A stretch of 59,688 nt of DNA, taken from Gemmatimonadota bacterium (GTDB lineage Bacteria > Gemmatimonadota > Gemmatimonadetes > Palauibacterales > Palauibacteraceae). The stretch lies in the NCBI GenBank assembly GCA_039587445.1, contig JBDHIM010000004.1, positions 1-59,688 on the forward strand, read 5' to 3'. The position numbers and the translations under genes were made by a program. Shown here piece after piece: positions 29,546 through 39,239 of this stretch. The notes under the pieces were generated by a model that did not search any database, had not been told where the DNA came from, and saw only the letters and a list, made by a program, of their open reading frames with translations. Position 1 is the first letter of the stretch, and the number at the start of each line of letters is the position of its first letter.

Positions 29546-30418
29546 ATGTCGAGCCGACGGCTCTTGCACTACGACCGGATCGAGGCCGCTGGATGGGAGG
29601 GGAGCGATGGGTATCCGGCTGGCGAGGGGACGTCGCCCGCCACTCCGCCATGGCTGTACATGTTGCACGGGATCTTCGGAGCCGGAAGGAACTGGCGCAG
29701 CATCGCGAGCAGGATCGTACGGGCCCGTCCGCCTTGGGGAGCCGTGCTGATCGATCTTCGCATGCACGGAGAATCGCAAGGCTTCGAGCCGCCTCACACG
29801 CTGGATGCGTGTGCCGCGGACCTAAAGGCGCTCGCCGAAGGCACCGCTCTCCCTCCGGCAGCCGTGTTGGGGCACTCCTTCGGCGGCAAGGTCGCTCTCT
29901 CCTACCTCTCCCGAGCCTCGACCGGGGATGAGTTGCCGCACCAGGTATGGATCATGGACTCCCCGCCGTCGGCCAGGGACGCTGTGGGCGATGCGGAGCG
30001 GATGCTTGGGACCGTGCGTTCACTCCCTTCGCGGTTCTCCTCCCGGGCCGCCGCGATCGACGACGTGAGACAGGCAGGCTTCCCCGATCGGGTCGCCAAC
30101 TGGATGTCGGCGAACCTTGCGCGCTCGGAGGAGGGCTACGGCTGGAAGCTCGATTTCGATGCTCTCGAGCTCCTGCTGCACGATTTCTTCCGCCTCGACA
30201 TGTGGCCCATCGTGGAGGATCCACCCGCGGGAACCGAGCTGCACTTCGTCAAGGCCACCAGGTCGAACGTCATGACGGAGGGGGAAGCGGAACGGATCCG
30301 GGTGATCGGTCGCGCCCGACCCGTTCATCTGCACGAGGTGGAGGGGGGGCACTGGCTGAACGCCGACAATCCGGACGCCGTCCTCTCCCTCCTGGAGCGG
30401 CACCTGCCGGCGGGCTAG
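29546..30418 (+). CDS. Alpha/beta hydrolase (YbfF/ABHD11-like esterase)
   Basis: LHGIFGAGRNW, DLRMHGES, GHSFGGK, GHWLNADNP; ATG 29546 after GGGGAG. Confidence 0.87.
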   Translation: MSSRRLLHYDRIEAAGWEGSDGYPAGEGTSPATPPWLYMLHGIFGAGRNWRSIASRIVRARPPWGAVLIDLRMHGESQGFEPPHTLDACAADLKALAEGTALPPAAVLGHSFGGKVALSYLSRASTGDELPHQVWIMDSPPSARDAVGDAERMLGTVRSLPSRFSSRAAAIDDVRQAGFPDRVANWMSANLARSEEGYGWKLDFDALELLLHDFFRLDMWPIVEDPPAGTELHFVKATRSNVMTEGEAERIRVIGRARPVHLHEVEGGHWLNADNPDAVLSLLERHLPAG

Positions 30419-31467
30419 AAGACCTCGAACCATCCTCCGGGGCGGCGAATCGGTCCGCGGGCCAGTCTCGCCGCCGCGCCGGCGACCGCACAACCGTCGA
30501 ATCGGATATCCACCGCGCCGGAGAGGTTCGATCGAGCCGTCATGGCGCCACCATCGGCGTCCAGGCCAACGGCGACGGCGCCCTCCACGTCAAGCTGGCC
30601 CGAAACGGTTAGAGAGCCTGCGACGAGAACCAATCCCGTCCATCGAAGCTCGCCCGTGACCACAAGGTCACCGCTGACGATGAGGGTGCCCTTGCCCGTG
30701 ACGGTTCCGGTGAGGGGAGAGGCGGAGGGGAGGGCATACGTCACCGGCCATGCATCCGGATCGGTGGCCGGTTGAGGCAACCACGCCGCCGAGATCAGAT
30801 ACTCCGGTTCCACGAACTCCTGTCGGCTGACATTCCTCCAATCCACTCCGGAGGAGGATAGAGGGGACCCGATCGCTGGCAGGCTCAGAAGGGGAGGACG
30901 ACCCGAGAGGGCCGCCGTGTCGCCCAGAAAGCCACCCGGCTGCACAGCGAGCCCGGCGACCGCATTCGTCCCGGAGCATTCCCCTCCCCGGCTGTCCAGT
31001 CCCGAGATCTGCGCGGCGCTTCCCAGCAGAGCGGTATCTGCGGAAACGAACGCGGCAGTTGTCCTGAAGAGCAGTGGAGCGAGCACCAGCTGGCCGACGG
31101 TTCTTTGCGCAGATCCCTCACGGCCCGGCTCGTAGACGCCCTCGGCGGTGAGCAAGCGGATCTCTCGGGCCGGATCCAACCTCAGAAGCCGGCGTGAATC
31201 CACCACGACGGTCCCCCCCTCGATCTCATAGGACCTTGTCGAGCTCGCGGCCGTGTCGGTCCCGCTCGTAGCAAGGGCGTGGTTCAGGCCGGCCTCGGCC
31301 ACATAGAAGGACCGAACGGCGGCCGCGTGGTTCTCGGTGGTTCTGGAGTCCAGAAACGCACGAAGGAAGCCGGCCGCGGCAAGGGCGGAGGCGGCCAGCA
31401 GTACCAGCAGAACGACCGGAAGCGCGGTGCCTTTCCGATCCAGCTCCACTACTCGTATGTCGTGCAT
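30415..31467 (-). CDS. PilX N-terminal-like minor pilin family protein
   Basis: RKG/TALPVVLLVLL prepilin-like start, SFYVAEAG, C-terminal G-x-L-x-V-x-G repeats. Confidence 0.6.
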   Translation of the reverse strand: MHDIRVVELDRKGTALPVVLLVLLAASALAAAGFLRAFLDSRTTENHAAAVRSFYVAEAGLNHALATSGTDTAASSTRSYEIEGGTVVVDSRRLLRLDPAREIRLLTAEGVYEPGREGSAQRTVGQLVLAPLLFRTTAAFVSADTALLGSAAQISGLDSRGGECSGTNAVAGLAVQPGGFLGDTAALSGRPPLLSLPAIGSPLSSSGVDWRNVSRQEFVEPEYLISAAWLPQPATDPDAWPVTYALPSASPLTGTVTGKGTLIVSGDLVVTGELRWTGLVLVAGSLTVSGQLDVEGAVAVGLDADGGAMTARSNLSGAVDIRFDGCAVAGAAARLARGPIRRPGGWFEVF

Positions 31468-31581
31468 ACCATGCCCGGAGATTTAGGACGCTCAATCACG
31501 ACCCAAGTTGCCGGCGGGCCGTCAACGAACGATCAACCAGCTCCCGTATGCGCTCAGGTACGGGCATGCTATGTTTAAAAA

Positions 31582-32058
31582 TTGGGCCTCGACATCGACG
31601 TGAGGAGGTGCAGGGTGATCAAGGGACCGCGGAGGCGACGAGAGCGACACGGAGGTTTCGGAGCGCTGGTGGTTGGCGTCGGCATCCTGCTGTTCGGGCC
31701 GTTGCTTTCCGCCTGCGCGAGCGGAGGAGGGGGTGCCTCGGCTGATCCAGAGCTCGACGCGCTCACGCACGTGCCGGACACCGTCTTCGTCGTCGTGAAA
31801 AACCGATATCGTCTGGATGTGAATGTCTATGCGATGTACATGTCCACGCGGCAGTTCCTGGGCGTCGTCACGACGAACCGTACCTCGGAGTACGCGCTGA
31901 GGGGAAGCGTCGCGGTCGGCAGCAACTTCCGAGTCCTGGCGGATCCGATCGGCGGCAGTGGGAGCTACGTGACGGACCAGATCCTCGTCAGGAAGGGGGA
32001 TGTCGTCGAGGTGACGATCCAGGATCCCCTGGCCCAGTCTTTCTTCAGCGTCTTCTGA
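31582..32058 (+). CDS. Hypothetical lipoprotein (start uncertain)
   Basis: Hydrophobic stretch then lipobox LSAC; beta-rich mature part. Confidence 0.6.
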   Translation: MGLDIDVRRCRVIKGPRRRRERHGGFGALVVGVGILLFGPLLSACASGGGGASADPELDALTHVPDTVFVVVKNRYRLDVNVYAMYMSTRQFLGVVTTNRTSEYALRGSVAVGSNFRVLADPIGGSGSYVTDQILVRKGDVVEVTIQDPLAQSFFSVF

Positions 32059-32104
32059 CCCCACGGCATCTGGTGCCTCGACGGCTGCCGGGCCCGGTGC
32101 GCAG

Positions 32105-33913
32105 CTAGCTGCCGGAGGCTTCCTCCGCCAGCCACTCCTCGATGAGGGTCGCCAGCACCGCGAGGCTCACGGCACCGTTCTCCAGCACCCGATCGTGGAA
32201 CGTCTTGATCTCGAAGCCCGAGCCCAAGACTTCTTGGGCCTGGTCTCTCAGCCGCAGGATCTCCCGTTGTCCAAGCTTGTACGCCAAGGCTTGGCCGGGC
32301 CACGAGATATACCGATCCACCTCGTTCTCCACGTTGTTCTCTGCCAGCAGCGTGTTCTCGAGCATGTACTCGATCGCTTGCTTTCGCGTCCAGCCGAAGG
32401 CGTGAATGCCGGTATCCACGACCAGCCGGCTCGCACGCCAGGCGTCGAACGAGAGAACGCCAAGCCGGTCCCGATCGTCGGTGTAGAGGCCCATCTCATC
32501 GGCCAGCCGCTCGGTGTATAGCGCCCACCCCTCAACGAACGCCGTGGCGCCCTGGTATTTCCGGAACTCCGGGATCTCCGTCAGCTCCTGTGCGATCGCC
32601 AGCTGGAGGTGGTGACCGGGAATCCCCTCGTGGTACGCGAGGACCTCGGCGTCGTACCTCGGCCGCGTCTCCGGAGCGTACGTGTTGATGAAGTACGTGC
32701 CGGGCCGCGTCCCATCCGCGGCCGGCCTCCGGTAGTAGGCGATCGTCGTGAAGGGGGCCTCGTACTCCGGGATCTCCTGCACCACGATGGGAGTCTCGGG
32801 AAGGCGTCCGAACCATTGTGGAATCGCTGCCTGCGCCCGTGCCGTGGCCTGTTCAGCCTTCGCCTTGACCTCTTCGGCCGTCGAGAAATGCAGGGCCGGA
32901 TCGGTGCGAAGTCTGCGCTGGATCTCGCTCACGTCCGAGGTGCCGAACACCGGCTCGCCGAGCGTGGTCATCTCGGCGCGGATCCGGGCATTCTCTTGCA
33001 GGCCGATCTCGTGGATCTCCTCTGCCGTCAGGCCGAGCGTCGTGTAGGAGTGCCGGAGGATCCGGTAGCATTCTTCACCGCCCGCCAGTCCGACCATCCC
33101 GACCTGATCGCCCGTCCGGCCCGCCGGCAGAAGCTCCTCCTCGAAGAACCCCAGCAGCCGTTCGAAGGCTGGCCGCACGCTCTCCCCGATGGCCGCCAAC
33201 AGGGCAGTTCCGAATTCCTCGTGCTCCTCCTCCGACCATCCCTCTCGCCTCACTGCGGCGGGCTCGGCGAGGGGCCATGCGGCGTCGGGCTTCTCCAGCT
33301 GCATCCGAAGCTGCTCGATCGCGTACTCCACGGAGAGTCGATTGGAGACCAGGCCATCCGCGAGGCCGAGTCGGAGGTTCTCGATGTAGGCGTCCACGTA
33401 GGGCCCCATCGCGCGCCACCGCCTGACCATCTTATCGCCATCGGCGGGAGTCTCGACGCGCTGAATGTCCGCTATGTTCAGGAGGCTCACCTGGGGTCCG
33501 CTGCGGTGGTCCACGCGCCACTCGGCGAGCCGGCAGATGCGACGGTCGAGATCATCCTGCAACTCCTCCTCGAGCGCCAGGTAGCTGATCAGATCCTGTC
33601 CGGTCAGGTTCTCGCGCCCGATCGCGGTCAGTTCGGCGAGGAACGTCTCGATCTCCCCGTACCGTCGCTCCCGGCCCGCCGGCGTGATGTTGGCGAGGCG
33701 GTCATCGTATCGGCGGTCGCCGATGCTGGTGGCCGACCTGGGACTCACCTCTAGGTGCCACTCCCAGTACCGATCGGTGAGCGCCGCCAGGGCCTCCGAG
33801 CCGGAGCCGGCGTCGGTACCGCCCTGTCCGTCTTGGTCAGGGCCATCGCCGGCGGTGCAGGCCGCGGAAAGCAGCGTGAGGGCGATCGGGAGGATCTTCA
33901 AAGAAAAGCGCAT
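32105..33913 (-). CDS. DUF885 family lipoprotein
   Basis: Lipobox SAAC, YHEGIPGHHLQ, AFVEGWALYTE, RLVVDTGIH, EVDRY, PGQALAYKLG; ATG 33913. Confidence 0.92.
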   Translation of the reverse strand: MRFSLKILPIALTLLSAACTAGDGPDQDGQGGTDAGSGSEALAALTDRYWEWHLEVSPRSATSIGDRRYDDRLANITPAGRERRYGEIETFLAELTAIGRENLTGQDLISYLALEEELQDDLDRRICRLAEWRVDHRSGPQVSLLNIADIQRVETPADGDKMVRRWRAMGPYVDAYIENLRLGLADGLVSNRLSVEYAIEQLRMQLEKPDAAWPLAEPAAVRREGWSEEEHEEFGTALLAAIGESVRPAFERLLGFFEEELLPAGRTGDQVGMVGLAGGEECYRILRHSYTTLGLTAEEIHEIGLQENARIRAEMTTLGEPVFGTSDVSEIQRRLRTDPALHFSTAEEVKAKAEQATARAQAAIPQWFGRLPETPIVVQEIPEYEAPFTTIAYYRRPAADGTRPGTYFINTYAPETRPRYDAEVLAYHEGIPGHHLQLAIAQELTEIPEFRKYQGATAFVEGWALYTERLADEMGLYTDDRDRLGVLSFDAWRASRLVVDTGIHAFGWTRKQAIEYMLENTLLAENNVENEVDRYISWPGQALAYKLGQREILRLRDQAQEVLGSGFEIKTFHDRVLENGAVSLAVLATLIEEWLAEEASGS

Positions 33914-34306
33914 GTCGGACCTCTTGCGCACGTGGTATCGGGCCGGGTCTACCTGGTCGGTTCGATCCGCGCGTTGCCCCGCACGTCCAGACCCTTCGCC
34001 GGCCCTGCGTCGAGTGGATGCAATGCGAAAGTAGTGTACCGTCGCAGAAGTCACACTGGCATTCGGGGGCCGATTCATTCCGCTCGGCGGCGCTGCTCGT
34101 CCTCGACCTTGCGCTGCTGCGCCTTCGTCGTCGCGCCTTGCCGAGGCGGACAACTGGGCCCCCTCGGTGCCTACCGTACTTCTGAGACGGTACACTAGGC
34201 GGCGACTCGAAGGGCCAGCAAGGGAGAGACGTTCAGGCTCCAGCCGCTCTGGCAGGATTCCCGGTCAGGCCGCACACTGTTCCGGAGTTGAAACGAGGAG
34301 GATGAC

Positions 34307-34777
34307 GTGACCGAACCCTTCTATGTCTCCCGCGCGCAAGTGTGGAAGGTCGAGGGTGTCCATCGAAGGGCCCGGCTCGAGACCGGGACCGAGTTCGACA
34401 TGGGCGTTCACGGCCCGATCAAGGAGCACTACCGGATCGAGGCGCAGGATCAGCCGCTCCCCGTCGATTACATGGTGGCCCTCACCGGCGGGTGAATGCT
34501 GGGAACTCTCAACGGCGCGCTGGAGGCGCGCGAGGTCAGGCTCGATCCGGGGGCGATGACGGCGTCCGTCACGGGCTTCAACGAGATCGTGGACCGAACC
34601 CCGGTGCTCACCCGCATCGAGATCGAATACCGGTTACGCATCCCGGAGGGCACGCGGGATGTGGTCGACTGGGCTCTGGAGCTGCATCAGTCCAAGTGCC
34701 CGACGGTGGCGACGCTACGCGGCGCGGTCGACGTCACCTGGATGGCGGAGATCGAGGAGGAGCCTTCCCGCGCCTGA
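34307..34777 (+). CDS. OsmC/Ohr-like protein with in-frame UGA at 34493-34495 (probable selenocysteine)
   Basis: ORFs 34307-34495 and 34496-34777 are in the same frame, separated only by TGA. Joined they read ...DYMVALTGG-U-MLGTLNGAL...HQSKCPTVATL, the two-Cys layout of OsmC. RBS GAGGAGG at 34295-34301. Confidence 0.82.
34508..34534 (+). promoter_or_regulatory. Candidate bacterial SECIS hairpin
   Basis: CTC-(AACG bulge)-GCGCGC-[TGGAG loop]-GCGCGC-GAG; loop begins 25 nt after the UGA, with G at loop position 2. Confidence 0.65.
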
Positions 34778-34817
34778 ACCGGTGCGAGCCGACCGCCGTC
34801 CTCCGCAGTCCGTGCGT

Positions 34818-35702
34818 CTACTCCACGGCGGCGGGCGGCAGACGCGGCCGCTGCAGGCGCAGCCATAGGACCCCGCTCAGCAAGACGACCCCACCGGCAT
34901 ACTGCAGGATCGAGATTCTTTCCCCCAGGAGGAGAGAAGCCAGAAGGACCGTAAGCAGGGGCTCAACGGTGGCGTATACGGCCGCCTGACCTGGCCCGAT
35001 ATCCCGGATGCCGACGAGCAGCAGTGTGACCGGCACGGCCGTGGAGATCACGCCCATCAGACCTACCAGCAAGGCCGCACGAAGCCCCCCGCCGAGCGCC
35101 AGACCTCCGAAAAGGGCCGCGGCCAGCGCCGCGACGGCACCGGTAGCCAAGAGGCTAACGGCGGCCGCTCCATGGGCCGGCGCGTCCTCGAGGAGCGTCT
35201 TCCCCCAGAGGATGTAGATCGCGACGAAGGCGACGGCGATCAAGATCAGCAGGAGGCCGAGCGGGTCCGCTCGGTGCCCATCGGAGCCCACGATCAAGGC
35301 GCACCCCGAGATCGCGATCAACGTGGCCAGCACCCGCGGTCGACTCAGCCGTTCACCGAGAAAGACGGCGGCCAGCACGATCACGACGGCCGGATAGGTG
35401 AAGAACACGAGCGAGGCGAGTGAGGCGGAGACCCACTGCAGCGCGGCGAGGTAGGCCGTCGCGTTCACGGCGTAGAGGACCCCCAACACGAGCAGGGAAG
35501 GCCATCGCGTCCGAGGTGGAACCTGCCTTCGGCTAAGAGCGATGAGCAGCCAAATCGCCGCCGTCGCCACCAGGAACCGCCAGGCGACCATCGGCAATAC
35601 CCGCACTCCCTCGGCGAGGGCGAGCTTGGCCAGGATCGGGAGGGTGCTGTAGCCGACGGCGGAGCCGAACACGGCCGCCGTGCCCCGAGCCTCTTTGGTC
35701 AT
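34818..35702 (-). CDS. DMT/EamA family transporter
   Basis: About 10 TM segments in two repeats, each with an LGER motif; FTYP and EPL motifs. Confidence 0.9.
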   Translation of the reverse strand: MTKEARGTAAVFGSAVGYSTLPILAKLALAEGVRVLPMVAWRFLVATAAIWLLIALSRRQVPPRTRWPSLLVLGVLYAVNATAYLAALQWVSASLASLVFFTYPAVVIVLAAVFLGERLSRPRVLATLIAISGCALIVGSDGHRADPLGLLLILIAVAFVAIYILWGKTLLEDAPAHGAAAVSLLATGAVAALAAALFGGLALGGGLRAALLVGLMGVISTAVPVTLLLVGIRDIGPGQAAVYATVEPLLTVLLASLLLGERISILQYAGGVVLLSGVLWLRLQRPRLPPAAVE

Positions 35703-35821
35703 CCTTCCGCGCTCCCCGCGACGTCCAGCACGCTTTCTCCACCCTCGGTTCTCGTCGGTAAGCGGATGTCGCGGTAAGATCCACCCCCTGGCCGCCCACG
35801 CCATACCGCCGAGGTGATCAC

Positions 35822-36637
35822 ATGTTCAAGAATCGATTCTCGAGATGGCTTCTCTCGCTGCCGGTCGCCGGGGTGTGCCTCATCCCGGCCTGGGCGTCCG
35901 CTCAGTCCCTGGACCTGGACTCGTCGCGTCTGGTCGACCTCACCCATCCCTTCAACGAGCGCACCGTGTACTGGCCGACGTCGCCGTCGGCGTTCGAGCT
36001 CGACACGCTGGCGTGGGGCCGAACGGATGCCGGCTACTTCTATGCGGCCGCGAGCCTGGCGACACCCGAGCACGGCGGCACCCACTTGGATGCCCCGATC
36101 CACTTCGGGGAGGGAAGACGGACGGCGGACCAGATACCGCTCGACCAGCTGGTCGGCCCGGGCGTGGTCATCGATGTCTCCGACCGGGCTGCGCGCGATG
36201 TCGACTATCGTCTCACCCGCAACGACGTTCTGGCTTTCGAGGCTCGCCACGGCAGGATCCGTCCCGGCACGATCGTTCTGCTGCGCACCGGCTGGGACGA
36301 GTACTGGCCCGACCGGGCCTCATATCTCGGTGATGACACTCCGGGAGACGCGAGCAATCTGCACTTTCCGAGCTATGGCGAGGACGCCGCCCGGCTGCTC
36401 GTCCAGGAGAGGGAAGTGGCGGTGCTTGGAGTGGACGCAGCTTCGATCGACTACGGAGCCTCGGGGGATTTCGTCGTGCACAGAGTGGCGGCGGAAGCCG
36501 ACGTGCCCGGTCTCGAGAACCTCACCCGCCTGGGTGAGGTTCCCGAGACCGGATTCCTGGTGATCGCGTTGCCGATGAAGATCGAAGGGGGAACGGGCGG
36601 CCCGCTGCGGGCGATCGCCGTCGTTCCCCGAGACTGA
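35822..36637 (+). CDS. Cyclase family metal hydrolase (kynurenine formamidase-like) with signal peptide
   Basis: DLTH, EHGGTHLDAPIHF, LLRTGW, ENL, LPMKIEGGTGGPLRAIA; N-terminal ASA/Q signal. Confidence 0.9.
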   Translation: MFKNRFSRWLLSLPVAGVCLIPAWASAQSLDLDSSRLVDLTHPFNERTVYWPTSPSAFELDTLAWGRTDAGYFYAAASLATPEHGGTHLDAPIHFGEGRRTADQIPLDQLVGPGVVIDVSDRAARDVDYRLTRNDVLAFEARHGRIRPGTIVLLRTGWDEYWPDRASYLGDDTPGDASNLHFPSYGEDAARLLVQEREVAVLGVDAASIDYGASGDFVVHRVAAEADVPGLENLTRLGEVPETGFLVIALPMKIEGGTGGPLRAIAVVPRD

Positions 36638-36640
36638 GCT

Positions 36641-37504
36641 TCAGCTGCTCGCCCTTTTCAGATTGATGCTTCCGTTCACGGTCTGGAGCGAGAGATCCGG
36701 CCCGCCGCCTCCGATCGTACCCTTCGCGCTCCGCATGCCGAACCGTCCCTGCACGGTGATTGGGAAGTCGGTGTTGATCGAGCCGTTGACGGTCTGGGCC
36801 GCGACGTCGGCGGCCGCGTCTCCGGGGAGCTCGACCGTGATACTGCCGTTGACTGTCTGGAAGCTGAGGGGGCCCTCCGCGCGGCCCATGGAGACCGAGA
36901 CGGATCCGTTGACGGTTTGACCCTCGGCCGTGCCCGTCGCTGACACCTTGACGCCGCCGTTGACCGTGTGGGCGCGGACGTCGCCGTCAATCGACCGGGC
37001 CTCGATGCCGCCGTTCACCGTCTGCGCCGAGAGGTTCACGCCTCTGGGCACGCGCACGGTAAACTTCACCGACACGTCGCTGTCCTTCGCCCCGAGCTTG
37101 CCGCCTTTTCCCGGGGCGCACTCGTAGGGCTCCTTGCCCGGCTTCCTGGGATGCACGGCGCAGATCGTCACACCGCTGGCATGCTCCACCACCTCGATCC
37201 GGACCTCCGAGGGGTCGTCGTCCCTGCCTTTCTTGACCGCCACGACCTCGGCTTGACCGCCGGAGATGCCCTCGGCCTTCACCTCGCCGTTGATTCCCTT
37301 GATCTCGAGCGTCGAGCCCGGCTGCATGGCGCCGCTCCAGCTGAACTCCTCGCCCTCCTGGGCGAGGATCGGGGCTGCCCCCTCCGGTCCACCGGTCGGT
37401 GACGGTGCGGTCGCCGTGCCACTCCACAGCGCCAGGCCGGCGAGACCGGCCGCCAGCGATACGCCCAGCGGATTCTTCATCCTCCATTCAAACACGTCCA
37501 CCAC
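36641..37504 (-). CDS. DUF4097 beta-strand repeat protein (exported; start uncertain)
   Basis: Repeated (Q/H)TVNG(S/G) motifs; signal-like N-terminus. Confidence 0.85.
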   Translation of the reverse strand: MVDVFEWRMKNPLGVSLAAGLAGLALWSGTATAPSPTGGPEGAAPILAQEGEEFSWSGAMQPGSTLEIKGINGEVKAEGISGGQAEVVAVKKGRDDDPSEVRIEVVEHASGVTICAVHPRKPGKEPYECAPGKGGKLGAKDSDVSVKFTVRVPRGVNLSAQTVNGGIEARSIDGDVRAHTVNGGVKVSATGTAEGQTVNGSVSVSMGRAEGPLSFQTVNGSITVELPGDAAADVAAQTVNGSINTDFPITVQGRFGMRSAKGTIGGGGPDLSLQTVNGSINLKRASS

Positions 37505-37546
37505 CTCCAGATCATGCGTTTCTCGACTGACGGGCGATCCTCTTCG

Positions 37547-38422
37547 CTACTCCTCGAGCTCCTCGGCGAGGTACCCTCGCCGCGTCACGTGAATGGAGCC
37601 GTCGAACGACTCGAGCTCCATGCGCGCGCTTCCGCTTCCCAGGACGAAGCTGAACCGCTTGGATTCCTGCTTGCCGGGCTCCAGGCGGACCTCGATGTCG
37701 ATCTCGAAGTCGGCGTCGAAGCTCGCGACGGAGACCTTGGCGTTCGCTCCAGGCTGTACGCCGACGACGACGTCGCCGTCGTGGGTCACGAAGCTGTAGC
37801 GTCCGCCGTCCCGGATATCCCCGTCCCACATGATGTCCCCATCCACACTCGCCGCCTGCACGTTGTCGGACGCCGCATCCCTCAGGATGACGTCTCCGTC
37901 CACGGTCTGGGCTTCGATGCCACCGGAGACGTCGGTGAGCGTCACGTCACCGTCCACCGACGCGGCCTGCACCGTCGCTTCGGAGCCGAAGACCATGACG
38001 TCTCCGTCCACGGCGTGAAGGTCGACCTGTCCACGACCACCCTCGACGTGGATGTCGCCCTCCACCGTCTGTACGGAGATGTCCCCCTGCGTGCCGGTGA
38101 TCCGCACGTCCGCGAACGGTGCGGAGATCTCCACTGCGGCGGACACAGGGACCGTGAGCTCGAAGTCCACGATCGCCATTCCGGTGTTCGAGTGCGCGCT
38201 GATCGACAGCTCGTTGCCGTCGAGCTCGTAATCGATTGTGTCGTCGGAGCCGTGGTCGGCCAGCACCCGTACCTGACTCTGGCTCCAGGTGGTGACGGTG
38301 ACGTCTCCGGCGACCTGCTCTACCGTGATGCGGACGTCGCCAGGCACCGCGATCAGCGTATCCGTCTCTTGCGGGACACTCATCAGCGTGCTCAGGGCGG
38401 CCGCCAGTATCGTTGCGTTCAC
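37547..38422 (-). CDS. DUF4097 beta-strand repeat protein (exported)
   Basis: Repeated (S/T)V(D/E)GD(V/I) motifs; signal peptide. Confidence 0.85.
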   Translation of the reverse strand: MNATILAAALSTLMSVPQETDTLIAVPGDVRITVEQVAGDVTVTTWSQSQVRVLADHGSDDTIDYELDGNELSISAHSNTGMAIVDFELTVPVSAAVEISAPFADVRITGTQGDISVQTVEGDIHVEGGRGQVDLHAVDGDVMVFGSEATVQAASVDGDVTLTDVSGGIEAQTVDGDVILRDAASDNVQAASVDGDIMWDGDIRDGGRYSFVTHDGDVVVGVQPGANAKVSVASFDADFEIDIEVRLEPGKQESKRFSFVLGSGSARMELESFDGSIHVTRRGYLAEELEE

Positions 38423-38470
38423 AGTCCTATCCCCTCTTCTTCGTCGTTTGGTTCACGCGATCACAAGAAA

Positions 38471-39190
38471 TCACAATTCAGTCAGCGCGGCGGTGCGACG
38501 CAGAAGGTCGAGCTTCCGCCGCATGGTTCCGGCGAGATGCCGGTTCAGGTAGGCATTGGATGGATCGGTGGAGAGAGCCTGCCGCGCCTCGTCGATCGCC
38601 TTGTCGATCAGCGCCAGCTTCTCCTCCACCTTGCGCACGGTAGCCGTGTCGAGCCTCTCCCGTCCGACCTCCAGCACGCGTTCGAGCTGCGCGATCGCAG
38701 ATTCGTAGTCGTTGTTGGCGATCCGCGAAGCCAGCAGCAGATCGGCCTTCGCCGGCGCCTGTGCGACCGGAGCAGCCGGCTCGGCCTGCCGCGCCGAGAA
38801 TCCGCCGGCGATCTGCCAGGCGACTCCGGATGACAGGGCGACGAGGGTGACGGCCGCTGCCGCCAGCTGGGGCATGCTGAAGGTGAAGCTCTTGCCGCGG
38901 CGTCCGGCGAGCGAGGTACCGCCTTTTGCGTTAACCGCTCTCGCGTCGTGGCGCTCGCCTTCCTTCGTCTCGCGAATTCGGTAGGCGATTTCCGGCCAGA
39001 GGTCGCGCGCGGGCGGCGCGTCGGCGAGCCTCCCGGCTCGCGCGACCACCTCCCGGAGATCTGCGAGCGTCTCCCGGCACTCCTCGCACCCCTCCAGGTG
39101 CTCTTCGAGCTCGGATCGCTCCGAGACCTCGAGCGCATCGTCGAGGTAGTCGGACAACCGGTCTCGCCAGGTATCCGCGCTGTCGCTCAT
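38471..39190 (-). CDS. Zinc-finger (zf-HC2/ZAS) anti-sigma factor
   Basis: LSDYLD, HLEGCEEC, DLWPEI, one TM segment; directly downstream of the ECF sigma. Confidence 0.88.
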   Translation of the reverse strand: MSDSADTWRDRLSDYLDDALEVSERSELEEHLEGCEECRETLADLREVVARAGRLADAPPARDLWPEIAYRIRETKEGERHDARAVNAKGGTSLAGRRGKSFTFSMPQLAAAAVTLVALSSGVAWQIAGGFSARQAEPAAPVAQAPAKADLLLASRIANNDYESAIAQLERVLEVGRERLDTATVRKVEEKLALIDKAIDEARQALSTDPSNAYLNRHLAGTMRRKLDLLRRTAALTEL

Positions 39191-39239
39191 CTCTATGCCA
39201 TCCCTCTCCGTTTCGCCGGGGCGCCCGTACCGGGGGCGC

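Noticed and set aside
33914-34306. ncRNA or tRNA-Sec in the intergenic region before the OsmC-like gene
   Set aside because: No cloverleaf or TCA anticodon arm is recognisable.
34496-34777. Independent 93-aa gene starting at the ATG after the TGA
   Set aside because: No RBS, and it would hold only half of the OsmC fold; read-through explains both halves better.
36650-38100. Recurrent short motifs as a CRISPR-like array
   Set aside because: They are degenerate coding repeats (TVNG, VDGD) of DUF4097 proteins; no identical repeats with unique spacers and no cas genes.
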